64,000 nucleotides of DNA. It comes from a virus. The first letter of the stretch is position 1. Each line of letters starts with the position of its first letter. The notes under the pieces are model-generated. The model did no database searches. It saw nothing but the letters and a program-made list of their open reading frames with translations, and was not told the origin of the DNA. The stretch lies in IMG/VR virus record IMGVR_UViG_3300013102_000007, positions 14,454 to 78,453 of that record. The stretch is one strand, 5' to 3'. Position numbers and translations under genes: made by a program. This document shows positions 63,386 to 64,000 of the stretch, one piece after another.

Positions 63386-63802
63386 ATGAAAACTTACACT
63401 GGTGTTTTAAATCATCTACCATCAAATGGAATATTTGTATTCGGCAGTAATACTGAAGGTCGTCATGGTAAAGGAGCAGCTTTGATAGCTGTTAAAAATT
63501 TTGGCGCAAAGTATGGAATTGCCAAAGGTATGCAAGGCCGCTCGTATGCAATAGTTACAAAAGACTTGCACCAGAAAGTCCAGCCTTCAATAAATTACAT
63601 AGATATTTTGTACCAGATTTATGACCTGTATGAATTTGCAGAGAATCATCCTGAGTTAGACTTTTACATAGCTTATTCCGGTGAAGGTAAAAATCTGAAT
63701 GGATATACTCCTGAACAAATGGCTGATATGTTTAACTTCGAAGATATACCTAAAAATATAGTTTTCGAGGAAAAATTTTATGAGATTTTAAAAAATTTTT
63801 GA
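63386..63802 (+). CDS. SLOG/Rossmann-like protein (FGSN..G.HGKGAA family)
   Basis: GIFVFGSNTEGRHGKGAALIA...GA.YG.A.G.QGRSYAI.TKDL is a conserved nucleotide-binding-type N-terminal signature. Confidence 0.6.
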   Translation: MKTYTGVLNHLPSNGIFVFGSNTEGRHGKGAALIAVKNFGAKYGIAKGMQGRSYAIVTKDLHQKVQPSINYIDILYQIYDLYEFAENHPELDFYIAYSGEGKNLNGYTPEQMADMFNFEDIPKNIVFEEKFYEILKNF

Positions 63803-63803
63803 T

Positions 63804-64000
63804 ATGAAAAAAGATAGATTCACGCATTATGGCTTTTACCCATTACTAGGATTTAAAATACTGATTTATTACAATGAGTCTGATGAAAATATTGAAGGGC
63901 GAAATTGGTTGTATGAACAGTTATTGACTTTAGCAGTTTGGATTGACTTTGAATTTAAAGATGGTTTCGGCTATTATATTGGTAAAAGAATTAAAAACGA
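63804..64000 (+). CDS. hypothetical protein, 3' end cut by the window edge
   Basis: ATG at 63804, 2 nt after the previous stop. The frame is open to the end of the window. Confidence 0.5.
   Translation, partial: MKKDRFTHYGFYPLLGFKILIYYNESDENIEGRNWLYEQLLTLAVWIDFEFKDGFGYYIGKRIKN

Noticed and set aside
1-64000. Stop-codon reassignment or suppressor tRNA (seen in some Bacteroidota phages)
   Set aside because: Long genes (2112, 1263, 834, 810 and 680 aa) are uninterrupted under the standard code. None of the tRNAs I folded has a CTA, TTA or TCA anticodon. The TTA reading of the 45209 tRNA loop is incompatible with its stem.
1-64000. CRISPR array, integrase, excisionase or repressor (temperate or mobile-element signatures)
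   Set aside because: I saw no regularly spaced direct repeats and no tyrosine or serine recombinase motifs. The only HTH candidate is a 57-aa early protein, so a lysogeny module cannot be claimed from this window.

Overview
This window is a contiguous, AT-rich segment of a tailed dsDNA phage genome. It is gene-dense and shows no integrase, repressor or CRISPR array. Two divergent transcription arms leave a tRNA-rich hub at about 42.6-45.8 kb.

The minus arm (42644 down to 464) carries these genes, in order:
- an SSB-like OB-fold protein and two GroES-like genes
- small and large terminase, portal, scaffold and major capsid
- connector and tail proteins, then a block of internal-virion-like proteins that includes a 2112-aa giant
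- tail fibres, one of which carries an SGNH esterase domain
- a T7 endonuclease I homolog, then a holin and an M15 endolysin
- a separately promoted metallophosphoesterase, MazG-like, DnaB-like helicase, HNH-AP2, YqaJ exonuclease and Rad52-type annealase block

The plus arm (45768 to 64000) carries early, replication and nucleotide genes:
- a class II (B12-type) ribonucleotide reductase, a family A DNA polymerase and a DnaG-type primase
- MazG-like, nucleoside 2-deoxyribosyltransferase-like, HAD and metallophosphoesterase enzymes
- a Bcs1-like AAA ATPase and two SLOG-fold proteins
- a GIY-YIG mini-nuclease and many small zinc-ribbon and DUF551-like ORFs

The partial ORF at 1..467 is the tail of a plus-strand block.

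The hub holds about 21 tRNA or tRNA-like genes. Several are non-canonical. The hub also contains divergent promoters of the Bacteroidota type (TTTG, about 20 nt, TAnnTTTG), two short units each bounded by a promoter and a terminator, and a 485-bp non-coding tract.

The promoter motif, the DUF3127-type SSB and the low GC content suggest a Bacteroidota (Flavobacteriia-like) host. The gene order looks podovirus-like. Both of these are inferences.

All functional calls rest on motifs read by eye. No database search was possible.
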